Origin: Takakia lepidozioides | Lineage: Eukaryota; Plantae; Bryophyta | Reading direction: 5' to 3' | Assembly: GCA_030704615.1 (NCBI GenBank) | Contig: CM060731.1 | Coordinates: 65,348,001-65,412,000 of the forward strand | DNA length: 64,000 bases | Part shown: in pieces, positions 26,171 through 40,900 of the stretch | How positions within the stretch are numbered: position 1 is the stretch's first letter | How the letters are laid out: the number at the start of each line of letters is the position of its first letter | The notes under the pieces: model-generated | Told to the model about the DNA's origin: nothing | Databases searched by the model: none | The model's input: only the letters and a program-made list of their open reading frames with translations | Position numbers and translations under genes: made by a program

Positions 26171-29100
26171 GCTGAAAACTCCAGAGAGGTCTCTTCCTCC
26201 AATCTATATCTATACTTTCAACAGAAAGGTCCTCCTTAAAATCGCAACATGACTCTTGAGGGTGTTACCTTCGACCCTTTTATCGAGTCGCCATCTCAAG
26301 GGACTCCATATATTTTTAACAAAAGGAAAAGGCAGTCATGCTAGTGAATCTACATACGCAGATGAGGACTCTTCCACAAATAGGAAACTTTATGCCACAG
26401 CGAAAAAGAACATTCCTTTTCTCAACTCCGTCTAATTCATTCCAGGTCCACCACTCAGCTCTAGCTGCACGAGATCATAGTACTCAAGGGACTCCCGTCT
26501 AATAGGGGATTCTGACGTGAAAAAAAATTCCTCTCAAACTTATTTCCTGGATCTTGGCATTCGGACCTCCGACGGTACATGCTTACGATGCTCCATGCAT
26601 GGCTGCAGCCCCGCTTGACGCTTACCACGTCCACTTCGCTCATCGATGTCACGGCTACCCCCTGCAAGAAAGAAACTGGAAGAGTGGCTCTCCTGAACCA
26701 TCGGAGGGCCAACCCTAACCCTATTCCGAATGAGAGCAGCGGCCAATCCTGTAGCTTAACGGTCGCCTTTGCCTCGTCCAATTGCATTCTATTGCATGCA
26801 TCTTCTTACGTGACCACTCTCTGTCACATGCAGACAGACCTTTTGTTGGAAATCCTCATCATCTAGTCAGCAGAAGCTGTGCGATGGGCATCAGACATGA
26901 ATGACGCGGTGCAACCATCCCTGGATCATGACTTGTGGGCGATCTTGCAGAGCTCACAATGTGATGAGATCAGTTGTGGGTTGTGCGTTTTGTTTACGCG
27001 GCCATACCAGATGCTGCAGAGCAAGGCTTTGGGGAAGAACGAGCAACTCCAGCGGTCTTACTTCCTGCTGCATAGGACGTGGATCGTCCCCCACTCTTCC
27101 CACCGCAATGCGACTTGTTGCCTCCTCCTCTTCCCCCGCTGTCCCGACAGAGGGCTGCCTTTGCGTGGATTTTACTTGATGTCGACTACATTCCAGGGAG
27201 GGAGATGAAGCCTGGCCGAGCTGCAATTGGAGGAGGCACAGTCAGCAGCAGGGTGGTATTGTTGGGTGTGAGCATGTCGGAGCTCTCCCATTTGCATCAG
27301 CTGCTGATTTGCTGTTTTTGGAGTTTTCTTTAGCTTCATGGTGAATGGCGTCTGCGAGGTAAGGAACACTTTTGACATAGTGACATGAATGAAACTGCAA
27401 TGCTCCTCTTAACTTGCCGAGCCTTAGGACATCTGAGACAGCGGAGGGAGATGATACCTATATGTAAGGATATTCTTTAACTATGTATGTTTGTGATTCT
27501 TGACTCTGGTAGATGCCCAAGTGTATATCCAATACAGTGAATGTCGATTGCTCACGTGTAACATCTGGATCGAAGTGCATTGTCGAATTTGTAAAGCCTG
27601 AGATTGCTCAATTTCCGCAGAATATCTTTTTAAGATTCTGAAGTTCTCTTTCTTAACTCATGTCAAGACTGTCCTCCTCTAGATGAGTTTCATTGAAGCT
27701 ACTTGAGGAGTTTAAGTTAGGATTTGTCTAGGTACTAGGAAGGACCCATAGGACAGCCTAAACTGCCAGTAAGGAAGTGAGAATGAGTGATTGCACACGA
27801 CTGGCATCTGACATGTACTTCTTTCGATGCAAAGCGTCCTGAATATGTATTTCGGAGACTGAACTTCAGATACCCAACTCTCCTTGTCTTTTAGTGCAGC
27901 CTTAAGCAGAAAGGTGGACTGGGTAAAGAAAGAGTTAGACGTAGGGTTATTCTTTGTTGGATTTGCGACTCTTATGTGGCATGAACGTGATTGAAGATCT
28001 GAAGGCCGCGTTCGATCCACCCTCACCGCACGCTTTACGGGTGATGGAATGTACAAAAGCGGTAGCGACGATCTTGCAGAAAAACTTTCTTGCAAGGTTT
28101 GTAGCTTCGAAGGGCAGTGTGGGTGAGGGAGTGATTCCAAGCTTCGCAAAGTAGAAAAATTCATAACACATTTTGGTGTTATAATCATTCAAAAGCGTTC
28201 TGTGCTGCGGTTGTTCTTCTGTTCACTGCAGTTTGCATCGTTGTCGTCTGAGTTTGAGCTCGGCCTTTGATTTCGCAGTCAGCTCCCGGGAAAGGAAACG
28301 AACATATAAATTTACGTCAGCATCTTGAAGTGCTCCTGCAATGGGAAAGGTCTCCCATGATCCCCCATCCACCAACGTACTCCTGCTGAAATCAATCTGG
28401 TTAATCAAGCATAGACAACTTAGAATGAAAGCGTGAGCTTCACCATCCCAAATTGACAATGGTAGGAAGCGTGCAGTGAGAGAAGAGGATGGGCAATTGC
28501 AATTTCGTGACCTGATCTTTTCAATGTTGAATGTGCGTTGTAGGATACATGTGGGTTCTCACAAAGACAACAGCATTGAAAGAATGCTTCAAGCGCATTG
28601 GGATTCGGTGCATGACGACATAGACTGTCTTTCAATAGAGGGTAAGGATGGACCAAGAGAAACTGTGACTTCAGACTGCAGAACAGGTTAGGCCATATAT
28701 CAAGATTACAGAACTCAGGGCACCGCTGGCAGGCGCTGAGACAGCTGCAATGTATTAGGAGAGTCGCTCCCTGAAGCTTTTGAACCAAAGAAAAAGTTAT
28801 AACAAAAGGCACAATTCCAGCACTTGTAAGCCACAAAGACTGCCTACTGTAAGACATTTGAGACTTCCTTGAAACGGCCCTAGTAGTGGAGGATGTTGTG
28901 GTTGTAAGGACCAGAAAGTTTCTATTGTTGGCCACTTGGAGAGGAGATGATGGCTAAAGATTTGTTGTTCTGCGGAGAATTCAAGCATAGTATTGTGCAC
29001 CAAACTGAATGCAATTTGGAGGCACTACTAGAAAGCTTAGATGATGGAGGACACCCATAGATTTGTGTACAGGCATGTCACGATTACTGAGATGTGTGTT

Positions 29101-30234
29101 TTCCACATGTAGGTAGCAAGAGTTTATACTTTGGCAGGGATGATATCTGAGTTGCTTTATGTTAAATCGTTATGCAATTATTTTCTCCGAGCATTTGGAT
29201 TGGGAGCCATAGCAACCAAGATCCACTCATGTTTGCAGCTTGGGTCATGTCTAGCACATAAAAAGACGGTATAGAACCAAACTAGTCAAAGCCATTTTCA
29301 ATTTCAGAGATCAAAGAGAGCAAGGACCAAGCCCATTGGTACCCGCTGATCTCAAATATGTAAATCAGACTACAATGTGGTGCTGGTGCTCCCAACACTC
29401 AAACAATAAGAAACTATCATGGGCAGTGGCCACTCACAATGGAAGTTGCTTGAAATCTTCTTCTGCTGACCCAAAATCGTGGTCAGTTTCAATGGCCTGT
29501 AACCAAGTATGTCCGAATCCCCTTTCCAACATTAGGTTGGCTAGTTGTAGAGTGCTCCATGAAGCACACCCATAGGGATGCTAATGTGTTGGGAGGATTC
29601 CAACCTGGACAATTAGCAATTTCAACTGCTGAAGAGACACCAACCAATAATCATCCCTTCATCAATTCCCCGGACTCTGCCAGCAACCGCATCAACTTGT
29701 CACCACTAAATCACTCTAATGTCAGACCTCGCATCCTCATCCCTTCCGAAGCGGCCAATGTTCGCAGGACATGTGGTACCCTTCGTAACAATGGATGCCT
29801 ACAATCACCATGCTGCTTTCATGGGGGCCAACCCACCGGACTCCAAAGTGATCGGGGGTAATATTCAAGACAGGTTTGTTGAGACTCCTGTGCAATCAGG
29901 AAGTTGGATGGTTCTCAGTCAGCTAGCGGCAACAGATCTCTTTGATAAATTGTAGTTGTCATGCACATCTGGTTGAACCCACTATAGTAAAGTGGGTGTC
30001 ACTCTTCAACTACCCAAAGTGTGGGTTGGCAGACAGTCACCCTTCATGTAAATAAATGTCAACAATAAATTTCCAATGACGGAGAACGCACCTTGACCTT
30101 CAGGACCTCTCTTTGGTCTGATAGGACCGTACGTCTGACTGTACAAATGGATGGTAGTACATAAACCAGCAAGATAATGGCCCGAACAACCATGATGCAG
30201 CCATGATGCAGAACACCTAAGCACGTTGCATGTG

Positions 30235-33200
30235 CTACAATAAGCTCCCATTTGTGGCTTTCCTGGGCTTGCCGGGAACATCCAGGTTGGAATTAAGCAA
30301 AGATTTCCCTTTGAGAAATTCAGTGTCTCTGGCCATTATATTGTCTTCAGTCCTAAGGTAGACACCAAGGTAGTTGAGATGATCCGAAATGCTGTTGCCT
30401 TTGACTGACCTGCACCGTTCCCATAGCCAACAGGCAACATAAATATCAGGATTCATAAGACTCGAAATGAATGTGAGAACCACAAATAAGCACACTATGC
30501 CTGCTCTTCTCCCCCTTAATTCCCTGCCGTCCACCCCTCGTCTGTTACTCTGCAGGTAGCCCTTGAGCTAGATAGTAGTCCGCAGAGTAACAAAATAGTA
30601 ATTTCATCTGGAAAACCCGCAATGGTCTGTACAGGCGTGCCCAAGCAACCTTCTCAGATGGAACACTCCAACCCCAGTAGAGGAATTAAATGGTCTTTTG
30701 AAGCTGTAGAAACAGACTGAAATCTTCCAAAAATCCATTGTTCACATAATGAATTCAATGTCAGTGATAGTGCTCCTGTTCTCTAAATGGAACATTGTTT
30801 GCATTCTTTCAGCAACCTTTCAGTAGAGGTACACCCCATGGTTTTTGACTGACTAGAAGGGAGTGTTGAGAGGGAAAGAGAAAGAGGAAGATAGAATGCC
30901 AAGTGGAAGAGATGAAAGAAAGCCGACCTGCTACAGGTAGGGTCCTCCCCAGAACTGTCACAAACCCGCTCAAACTCATACTGCAGACGACCCACAGCAA
31001 TCTTGAAGAGCCACACCTGCATCAACTTTGATGCATCAATCTCTATTCACGTATACTCTAATTCTCAACAGTCTAACCCAGATAATATTAAGCTGGATGT
31101 CAACCCTGTGCATCAAGCAAGCAAAATTTAGAATATGTCAGTCGAATACATGATACATGAAGCACACAAACTAGTGCAGTACATATATGTATGAATACAT
31201 AACTGTACTCATGCAAGGACAGACTGATTGCACTATTGACAAACAAAGCCCCTGAAGCAAAAACCAAACCAACCTACCAAGTGTGAACAAAGAACATCAG
31301 CAACAAAATTGCATATAGCCAGTAGCATCTCAATATATGACAAGATTGAGACTCTCCAACTGAATAGACACATTCATGTTCCTAGAAAAACATTCTTTAA
31401 AAAAGGTCCACACTTCTGCCAAATTTAGCATAAGCTCTGAACATACAGAAATGATTGACCGCCACACACACATACCTCAGTTGCAAAATGATGGTAGGAA
31501 CGTGGGCCTATCAGAGTGTAATAGGGAGGCAGATGTGGCACCAGATCGTTGGCATGTGTCATTCGAATAGTCCGAGGGACAAGCTCACTGTAATATACTG
31601 CAAACACAGAGTTCCCAATTCGTGGCTGCCCAAATGTGATAATCTCAGTGTCTTGAACACCATAGTTCGCCTGCAAGGAAGCACTATTGTTTAGGGAGTA
31701 GAAGATGACAGAGAGTATTGTCCCTTCCTTCGACCAGTATCACTACTGATACCAGTTATTTGGCTTAGACCAACAGGTTAGGACCCAGTCAAATCTCTAT
31801 GAGCCAGGACTTGCTTAAACCCTTTGTGCCTGCAAAAGTATTTTGTTGAGCAAAGGGACCTGCTTCTCATTTTGGAGCTAGTTCACAATTCAGCAAGCTT
31901 GACTGATTGTCTGATGACAAGAAAGTTTTGAGCCCTTGCAAGCCTGGGATGAGAGGGAGATGACCAAACGTACAGCGAGATCAAGTGCACAAAAGGAAGC
32001 CATAGCCCCTCCCATTGAGTGGCCTGTGACCAAGAAGTGGAGCCCATCCCTTTCCTGTTGTATAGCTTGAACAGCAGTGAGTATGCTGTCACGAACTGTG
32101 GTGTTGTGATATGCTGAATAGAACCCTTGATGTACCTGGCCACAACATAGATCACAAGTCAAGATCATGAATTGCAAGTCGTCATGGAAAACAAGACTGC
32201 GGTTGGGGCCACGCCGTACGTTTGCTAGCTCCATGCCACCCATATGCTCGGTGATTCCCGTTCATAGGGAGTACCTAAAGTCCAATCTGGCTGGGCAGAG
32301 ACAGGATTTCGGGTTTAGAGACTCAGTGTTTGGTGACTAATCAAAACCTTCAATCTGTACAGTCCTAGATGTCAAGTCATACACATTAAAAAGTAATCTG
32401 TAGTTTGGATATCATGCCTAAAAGCTTGTCTGGCATGCAGGAGAGAAGGTGAATAATGCCCTCCATAGCATCAGTGACACCCGGATAATTGAGATCAAGC
32501 TGTCTAAAGTACAAGTCCTCAGCCCAATTCTGCACACTACCAGATATCCCCACCAGTAATCTGCGCGTTAGCCAACTCTCTTCTAAGCATGCAGATCTTT
32601 CTGGATACCACTGGACAAGCATCTGTTTAACAACATCTCTTAACAATAAAATGTGAAAAAAATCATGATTCAGGAGGGGAAAGGGGAGGAAGGAGTAGGA
32701 GGGAAGGAACAGAACGAGTGCCATATATTTAGTTGTGAACACACACCTAACTGCCACACCTTGAAATCCTCCTCTACAACTATCAACCTGTGACAGAGGG
32801 AAGACAAAACTGATCATATCAACCACTAACAACAACTGAATGTAGTTTTGCAACTCTTTTGTTCCTAAATTCACCATCATCAAGGGAATACCTGCTTTCT
32901 TGGGTGCCACGAAATGCTATCACAATTGCATTCAAATTCTCCGCCACTCCAACAAAGGCCTGCATTTAACCAGTAATTATCTTTTGGTATTGACCGACCC
33001 CTGATCTAAATCACCAAGCTTCTGTCTGTCTTCCTTTCCCACCCATGCTCCGAAAGACACGTTGTCAATACTGCTTGCACTCCAGCTCCGTTATTCACAT
33101 TTATCTTGGTTGGAATATTTGAATTGCGATGCACATAGATGAAGTTCCAGCAAGCCTATGCATAAAAATTATAGTGCGTTACTTTCCTACCCGAAGAACA

Positions 33201-34691
33201 ATTCATGCGAAATTTCCCCTCCCAACGAGTTGATCTCTCCTCCATGAGCCAAAGGCAAAACTCGCTGCAAGAGAGGATTAGCAAAGAGTAGCAGTTCAAG
33301 CATGCTGTTGCACACCTGGAGGCAATGTTGAACATCCACAACAAGAGTATGAATCTTGAATCCCTGCCATAATGTATTAACACAGATCCAACTCCAGATT
33401 CATCAATGAACCCTCCGTGGAAAGTAAGTAGACCTCCTGATGCAAGTAGGCCCATCCATTTACAAGCTCTTAAACACAGTTCAATCAGCAGCGGAGTATG
33501 ACCATCATGATATCATGTCCATTGACAATCTGATTTTCCTTTTTGCAAATTGTAATTCATTCGTTTGGTCCAGTGAAGAAACAAATACACCCACAGTGTA
33601 CACAGAATCACAATACTCCCTTTCATAGTTTCCAACTTTCCCTCCTTCTCATAACTCATAAGCGAAGTTCACTGGACTGGGTAATAGCACAGCATCCCAA
33701 GATTTTCCGGTCCACGCCTTCTCACCCAGCCTTGCGAAGTTTGACAATAAATATGTTCAAACCACAAAATACCATGGCCACAAATGAACCACAAATTGCA
33801 CACGACAGGCCCACCTTGGTCAAATCTTCACATCGTGAGCAGCTCCAAGAGAGCAGTGCAAGCTCATCTTCTATGTAGACCTATCCAAAACATTTGCCAC
33901 TTTGTCAGGAGACACAAACCATATCAAAAGATTCCATAATTAGTCGAAAGGAACAATAGCACAAAAAACAGGAATGGGGCCCTTACCGCCGATGCATACT
34001 CCACAAGGATGAGAGCCATGGTTCTATTATACCGACAGCCATTTGACATCTTTGTGACCACTTCCACTTCTGCAGAGTCAAACCATTTCCTACTGGACAT
34101 TAGTGCTGGGCAAATGTGCATTGTATCACCTATGTGTGATAACTATGGGCTGCAGACAGTTTTCCTCCAAACCATACCACTGTCTAAATTGGACATGTAT
34201 TTCACTTTCTTGTTCCCCTACTACAGATCATGTTGGAAGCATAGCCGATCCCTGTGGAAGAACCAAGCCCTATGAGTGAAAGCATACTTAAGACATCTGT
34301 TTTCAGTGAAGGCAGCCTCTGATTGTTAGGTTTACTGCAAGGTCACCAGGCCCAAGTATGGAAATCTGCCTCCCTGGTTATTATGAAATGCTCCTAGCTG
34401 CCCAGCAGACACAACCTGTGCAACTAGGACCAAGGGGACAAGTTTTCATGGCCTAACTCCTCCATAAATTGGTGTATCTCTCTCCACACGTTGCAGAGTT
34501 TGGTTGTGATAATTTTTCAACTAAGGATATCATCATCCCCATCAGCTTTTGCAAGAGACAGGAATCCCAGAGAAGAGGAGTCATTAACCTGTCTCGGCAT
34601 CTGTGTTAGCAGCTGACGAGGCTGGAGCAAGGAGCAGAAGCAAGATTATTGCTGCCCCAACCATGACTACCCTCCTCACAGCCACCTCCAT
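30235..34691 (-). CDS. Class-3 triacylglycerol lipase (alpha/beta hydrolase) with signal peptide; multi-exon
   Basis: Hydrophobic N-terminus; YNRTMALILVEYASA; NWAEDLYFRQLDLNYPG; VHQGFYSAY; GHSMGG nucleophile elbow; TFGQPRIGN; RMTHANDLVPHLPP; GEDPTCSR; SISDHLNY. Confidence 0.9.
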
Positions 34692-35570
34692 TCTCCAATC
34701 TGTTCTCGCTCACGAATGAGAAGGCGACCAGGCACAAGAGAAATTATATGATGAGGCAAAGGATAACTGAGACCTGATCCCACAAGCTCTCCTTTTACAG
34801 TGGGGCCCAATCACTGATCCCAGAATTCGAATCCCGGATCAATCTCTCTCTCTCTCTCTCTCTCTCTCTGGTTCTGAAGCACTGGGGTAAACTGGACACA
34901 ACGAAGTCGTGCCAATCGGATGACCACTGTGCCACTTCAGATACGCAGACAGTACAAATCCTTCCTGACGATGTATCCAACTGGTGATCCCTACAACAAT
35001 TTTCTCTGTGCCCCAATTAAGGTGGAACTACTGAGCCCAAATAAACACGGAAACTCTTCAGCTCATGCTTCCTCTCCGTGCATAATTTCAACAACCTATA
35101 TACAGAAAAAGCACACACGCACATACACACTCACCCTTACCTCATATGCATGCCCAAGCTGAGCATATTCCAAAGAGACGGCGTCTCAAAAGCCACCCCG
35201 CCAATTCAGCACAGAAGCCCGCAAAACTTTGCAACCACGATGCTTCATGCTCTGCCAATTCTGAACTCACGCCTTCCTACAATCCATCCGCTCTCACATT
35301 GCCTACCCATCCCGCTTCCGTGTAGCAGATGCATAGCGTACGGGCCACAGCGAGTGAGAAGAAAGTAATTGTCGAGGAACGATGGTATCTCGCAGCAGCT
35401 GGGCTCTCGCAAATTCTCCACTGTTTCCTCGTCTTCATGTTCCTGTCGAGCCGACGGAAGCAAAGCTAATTCAGGGGGGGAAAGCGTCGATTCTCCATTA
35501 TGTTTTCCTGTCTATAGATTTAGCTGATAAAGTAAATATATAGAGAGCGGTTAGTATATAGGTCTATATA

Positions 35571-35643
35571 GCGGGGATAGCTCAGTTGGGAAAGCGTCAG
35601 ACTGAAGATCTGAAGATCGCGTGTTCGATCCACGCTCGCCGCA
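35571..35643 (+). tRNA. tRNA-Phe (GAA), nuclear plant type
   Basis: GCGGGGATAGCTCAGTTGGGAAAGCGTCAGACTGAAGATCTGAAGATCGCGTGTTCGATCCACGCTCGCCGCA, with A and B boxes, upstream TATA-like sequence and a downstream T-run. Confidence 0.9.
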
Positions 35644-36971
35644 CGGTATCTTAATACTTTTTTTTGATGTGAACATTCCAATATTCAATGAAGGGGTGTT
35701 GCCTGAGAGTCAACTAAGGTGTTCATTGAGTTCGTAGCAAAGTGCTAGTAGGCTTTCCTTTAAGGGGGGAGGCTGGTTTATTGAATTAGGAGGGTATTCC
35801 CCATGCAGAGTGCTGCTACCAGGCTTTTCTTTAAGGGGAGGGCTGTCTTAGAGTCAAGAAAATAGTGAATGAAATGGGTTGTTTATTGCGGTAGGAGGTT
35901 ATTGTGTGTGCTAGGTAGTAGTCATTTGTTAAAAAATGAGAGGTTGTAATCGTGAAGTACAATGCTAATCTTTCTTGCTTGGTCTCAGCAAGTGGTCACT
36001 CATACAATTTGCCACACTTCTTGATCTGGAATCTTCACGTCGGTAAATCGCAACAGTCAGAGACAAAGTCTACCTCTCCTCTCTCTCTCTCGTTAGAACT
36101 GCAGTTTTGCTGTAAGAGTTGGCGCTGTAAGAGTTGGCTGGTTTCCATGACTGCCTCACGTGAAGTTCCCTAAGTTCTCGTCTGATGTATCTATGGTGGT
36201 CCTGTAGAGCGGTTCGAATTTCAAGTGAGTTTGGACCTTTGACTCTTGATTCTTATGGCGTCGCCAGTTTATGTCCCGGATGGAATTTCCACTCCGTCCG
36301 TATTTTGTGGCAGTAGGGAAGCAACGAGACCTTTAGAAAGTGAATTCCACTGTGCTTTCCCACTGAGCGAGAGAGAGAGCGCCAACGCCGGTGAAGGCTG
36401 TCCTTTGGCTTTTCGGGTGTGCGATCGTATCTAGAGGGCGAGAGAGACAAAGAGAAGGAAGTGAAAAGTACGATGAGTGGCGTCGCCGCCAGACCTCGGC
36501 AAGGCCTGCAGCGCCACCAAGTTAGTGGAGGTGTTGGCAGTAGCGACAGCGGTAGCAGCGCTAAGCGAGCAAGCGGACGTTGTGCAACAGTGGGCCCCAC
36601 GCCGGTCAGGCGGCCTCGATCGGCTCGTCCCCCAGCTTGTTCAGCCCCGACGCCGTACAGGCAGCCAGCTCCAGCCCTCACCACAACCCTTTTACTGCCT
36701 GCTCCACCATCCCTGACAATTCGCTCCCCAGAGCAACGAAAGGTGTTGAACACAACCGCAAACTGCTCCTGCTAGAAGACCTGCTCCTCTTGGAAGACCC
36801 CAACGCCAACGTACCCCTACCCCTAGCTCACATGTTCCTGATGCGCACCAGAGTCCAAGCTCTAGACACCAAGTTCAAGAAGAGTCGTCCTCTTCACAAC
36901 GGTCTTCTCCACCGCTGATTCCAGGTTCTTCCATTGGCGCCCCACCGACCGAAGAACTCCCACAGTGTCTG

Positions 36972-37230
36972 TTGAGCCCTCCCCCACTGCGCCTCTCAGG
37001 TAGGGTTCGAGGTCCCACGCCAGTCACTTCTTCTCCAGTTGTGCAGCCTGCATTGCCGACCCCATCACTCTTACCCCGACAGCATGCGCCTCTCCCATCA
37101 GACCGTACCCCATGCCCAGCTTGCGGTCGTCTTTTTGCGCGCATCAAAGGGCTTGCGCGACACTAGCGCACGTGTGCGGCTCTTCATCAGTCCCACACAA
37201 ATGGTACTTCTCCATTTCAGCCCAGGGATG
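36972..37230 (+). pseudogene. Pro-rich segment with a zinc finger; possible non-LTR retrotransposon remnant
   Basis: CPACGRLFARIKGLARH*RTC (CCHC-like finger with an in-frame stop). No RT is visible. Confidence 0.3.
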
Positions 37231-37974
37231 CCTCGGCGTGAGCCTGGTCACGTGAGCGCAACTGCGCTCACGCCACGTCACCTTGCGCCAATGCCACGTC
37301 ACGGGGCTCACTCCACGTCATCACACGTGAAGACCGCGTCACCACGCGCCCAGAAAGAAGTGGAGTGTATTCCTGCGGATTGGCACCCTTTACCACGGAA
37401 ACAAGCTGGACGACATAATAAAAGTCATTGAATAAAGGATGGATGAATGTACAGTTGGATGATAAACAGATGGATGAGTGTGAAAAATGAATGTAGATGG
37501 ATGAATGAGGGATGGATAAGAGTAAAATGGATTAATGTATAATGGATGTCGAGCAATGACAAAAATTCATGACAGGAAGATGCATGACCAAAACTTTTGA
37601 CGAATGCACAACATATATGAAATGAGTGTGGAAGGTTTGTGGGGTGGATTAAAGAGTACAGAGGATGAATGTACAATGGATGTTGAACAAAGGAAAACAT
37701 TCATGAATGGAGCACGCATGAATACACTGTAGATGAATGCACAATGGATATGAGAAGAGTCAGGGAGGTTTGTGAGATGGATTCATACATATTGCAATTT
37801 AAATGAAAGTTGATTCTGTGATTATTATTTGTTCTAAAGGAACAACTACGGTGGAGGAAGGGGATTCAACGTTTTCCAGATAGTATGAAAATGAATATTA
37901 AAATAATATAGTTCAGTCTGACTCAGAGTCAGTACAATGTATCCCCGCTTCCTCTGCATCTAAGTCTAAGTATT

Positions 37975-40900
37975 TTAGAACACCGGATCCACGCTGGATA
38001 CACCTACGGCTGGGCAGTAAAAAGTCAGGGGATAGGGACTCGGCCGCGTCATTGCTTCGGCATAAACAGGAAGCAGAAAATTGGAAAGGGGGCTGTCGAA
38101 AACAGACTCGCCAGAAATGACTGTATCTCCTGAAGATCCACCGCTGCCTTTCTTGAAAGACAGCCTGAAAAAGTTATTACTGTAACTTTGATGTTATTGA
38201 GAAATTGAGTATGGCTCCCAAAGAGGGTTTAACACTTACTCACATGAAAAGTCGTTGTCGACCTGCTTATCTTCGGGATCGTCATCATTTCGAATTTGAA
38301 TCCGATCAGTCTGTGTGCCTGAAGTGGAGCCAGACAAAGGGGGAGGAGCACTGTGTTGTAGAGGTCAAAATCACCCTCCATGCCAAAAAGGCTTCTTCCG
38401 CCTGCCTTGCATGCATGGTAAGTTGCTCCTGCACCACACATGAGGACATGAACAGTTTGGTGGGGGGATTTAAGCAAATGAAACTGTTGAAAGAAAACCA
38501 ATTCGGAAGGGAAAGAACGAACCTGTGGACACAGAAAGATCGACCACCCGTGCAGAGTGGTGGCTGCATGACTCCAGCAGTATTTGCATGAACGCTGGGG
38601 ACTTTTCCTTTGCACCTCTCCAGGGAGTGCCATCTGGTCTCTTCAGAGTCTGACTGGATTGCATGAAGTTGTACAAAATGTCATCGACATGGGGCTCATA
38701 GGGGGGGACGAAACAACCCTGGTCAGAAATCTCAAAGCTGCGGATGGAGGATGGTGTCTTGGAGGTGCGAATCCTGCGCAGGCAGATCGCCTCGAACATC
38801 CTCGTCTGCCAAAGATAGCAGGTTAGTGTGGTAAACACAATCTATAGTGGAAGTGTGTACATCGGCTATTCAGAACTCAGACACAAAAAAATCATTTTTA
38901 TCACGAATCGGTGATGATCGGTGTCGATCATAACAGATTCTACTAGAGTGGAGCTGCAGAGAACATTGAAACTCATCATGAAAGCACAAGCAAAAGGGAG
39001 ACGACATACCAGCTGACCAGGGAAACCCCCTTTCACAAGGTAGAGGCTGTTCACACAATTCCATGTGCGCAAAACTTCAAACCCTGAAGACTTGAGGTAT
39101 GATGTCAATGCTCGACGACTATCATTGTTACATGACTGAAAAAACAGAAGTGTCCCTGCATCAGAGAGGAAGTTATTACAGAACCCGAACACCCAACTCC
39201 AGTAGTTGTCCTCGAATTTGTTCCAGCCTGGCGTCTTGCCCTTTGGAAGAACTTCTGGCACAGCCTGGCCATCTGGGATGTCGAGAATGACAATGTCGGC
39301 TGCTGGAAAGATGCCAATGAGGAGTTCGAGCTGGGCCTCATGATGGGAAAGAACACCCAGCAATTCTGCAACCACATGTCTGGGACGGCAACCACCGATT
39401 GCTGGCATGGATGGGATACATTCAGAAACACCATGCGAAAGACAAAGACAAGCATGTTGCTGTGGAGGCAATGGTTTTGGATCCTGGAAACGACATCGCT
39501 AGGCTTCTTACAGCTATGCACGACGTGAACAAGTAAGTCATCCAGGAGATTTCATTCCCTTTGTAGTGTCTTATTAATCCCCAAAAAACAGTGTTAAGGA
39601 ATGCAATGTTTCCAATGTTTTTGCAGATCGACAGAGAAATCGCATGTGACAACAAGCTTGGTCCACACACTATTCCGAATTCGGAGGATTGGTCTGATGA
39701 AGCTGGATGATTTTCGGACAGTACTCCCACCCAATATAATCAAGAAGTGCGAAACGGGAAGAGCTGCAGACACTTGGTATTCTTTGACACGAGAGGCGTT
39801 TCTGGAGTACATGTATGCGGTAAGCCCGAGTCTGTACTCAGTTTACTTTTCGAATACATGTTTGTAGTCCCTTCGGTGCTAATCACTACTTGAATCAATG
39901 CAGCAAGAACTGGCAGAGGCAGCTGAGAAGGGAAAAAAATCCGAATATTACCGCACTACACCAGAGGAACTAAGGACATCAAAGGGTGTGGAAGCTGCAA
40001 TAAAGAAGGAGTTTGAAATGCGAAGAACCAAATTGATGTCCGCCTTCGGAAAGCAGCTTACAATAGTAGATCCTGGACTTGGTTCTGAGTTCCTTCAGCA
40101 GATCAAAACACACTATGACAAGCATGTGCATCCGGAGATGCAGCAGGAGAAATTGCACCGGCTGGCCATATCGATGGTCGACCCACAAACAAAAATAAGG
40201 TGGCTGGAGATATGGAACTCAGATCAAACAGTAAAGGACTTGAATCGGTTCCCAAAGAGCACCATACAGCCTGGCACAAAGGTGGAAGGAATCAGTGATT
40301 TGGTGTTTGATAACTGGCTCCACAAGGCTACATTTTGGAGTCAGGTGTGTATTCAAATATGCTGTTTTCTTTTCTTCAAGTATGTGATGAGTATCTTATT
40401 TGCAATTCTGACAAATATACAATTTGCAGCTCGAAAAGCGCGCCGTCATTGTGCTGGATCAGACTTTGAAAGACCTGAACATTTCGATTGTTTCCCCTCC
40501 CCAAATGTCATTGGAGGCATACATAAGGAAGTGGAGAGGTCTCACCTGGAGATACTATTTTTTCCGGGAGTTCTCCAAAGATGGTAACATTTTACGGTCC
40601 AACGACTTTGACAGTCAGGTTGGAGGAGAGTGGGCCATGATGCGAGTTGTGTACAGTGTCATACTGGAAACTCTACTATTTTTTTTGGGACAAAATGTGG
40701 CTTCATAAGGATTGCAATCATAGATCCAGATTGAATGTCGTTGACGACATTCACTTCTTTGTCTGAGTCATTCTTAAGCGAGTATATGAATTCACCTGGT
40801 TAGGATCTAAGGGTGTAATTATAGTATCCTTGATTAGAATTGATAATGTCCTTGAATGGCGTTGACGACATTCACATCCGGAGTTGTTGAGAGGTCCTCA

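Noticed and set aside
26880-29050. Possible decayed LRR/F-box gene on the plus strand
   Set aside because: Only scattered Leu-rich stretches with many stops; no convincing motif
38866-39471. 201-aa minus ORF as a single exon
   Set aside because: It crosses the inversion breakpoint at ~39300; only the part from ADIVILDIP onward is sense coding
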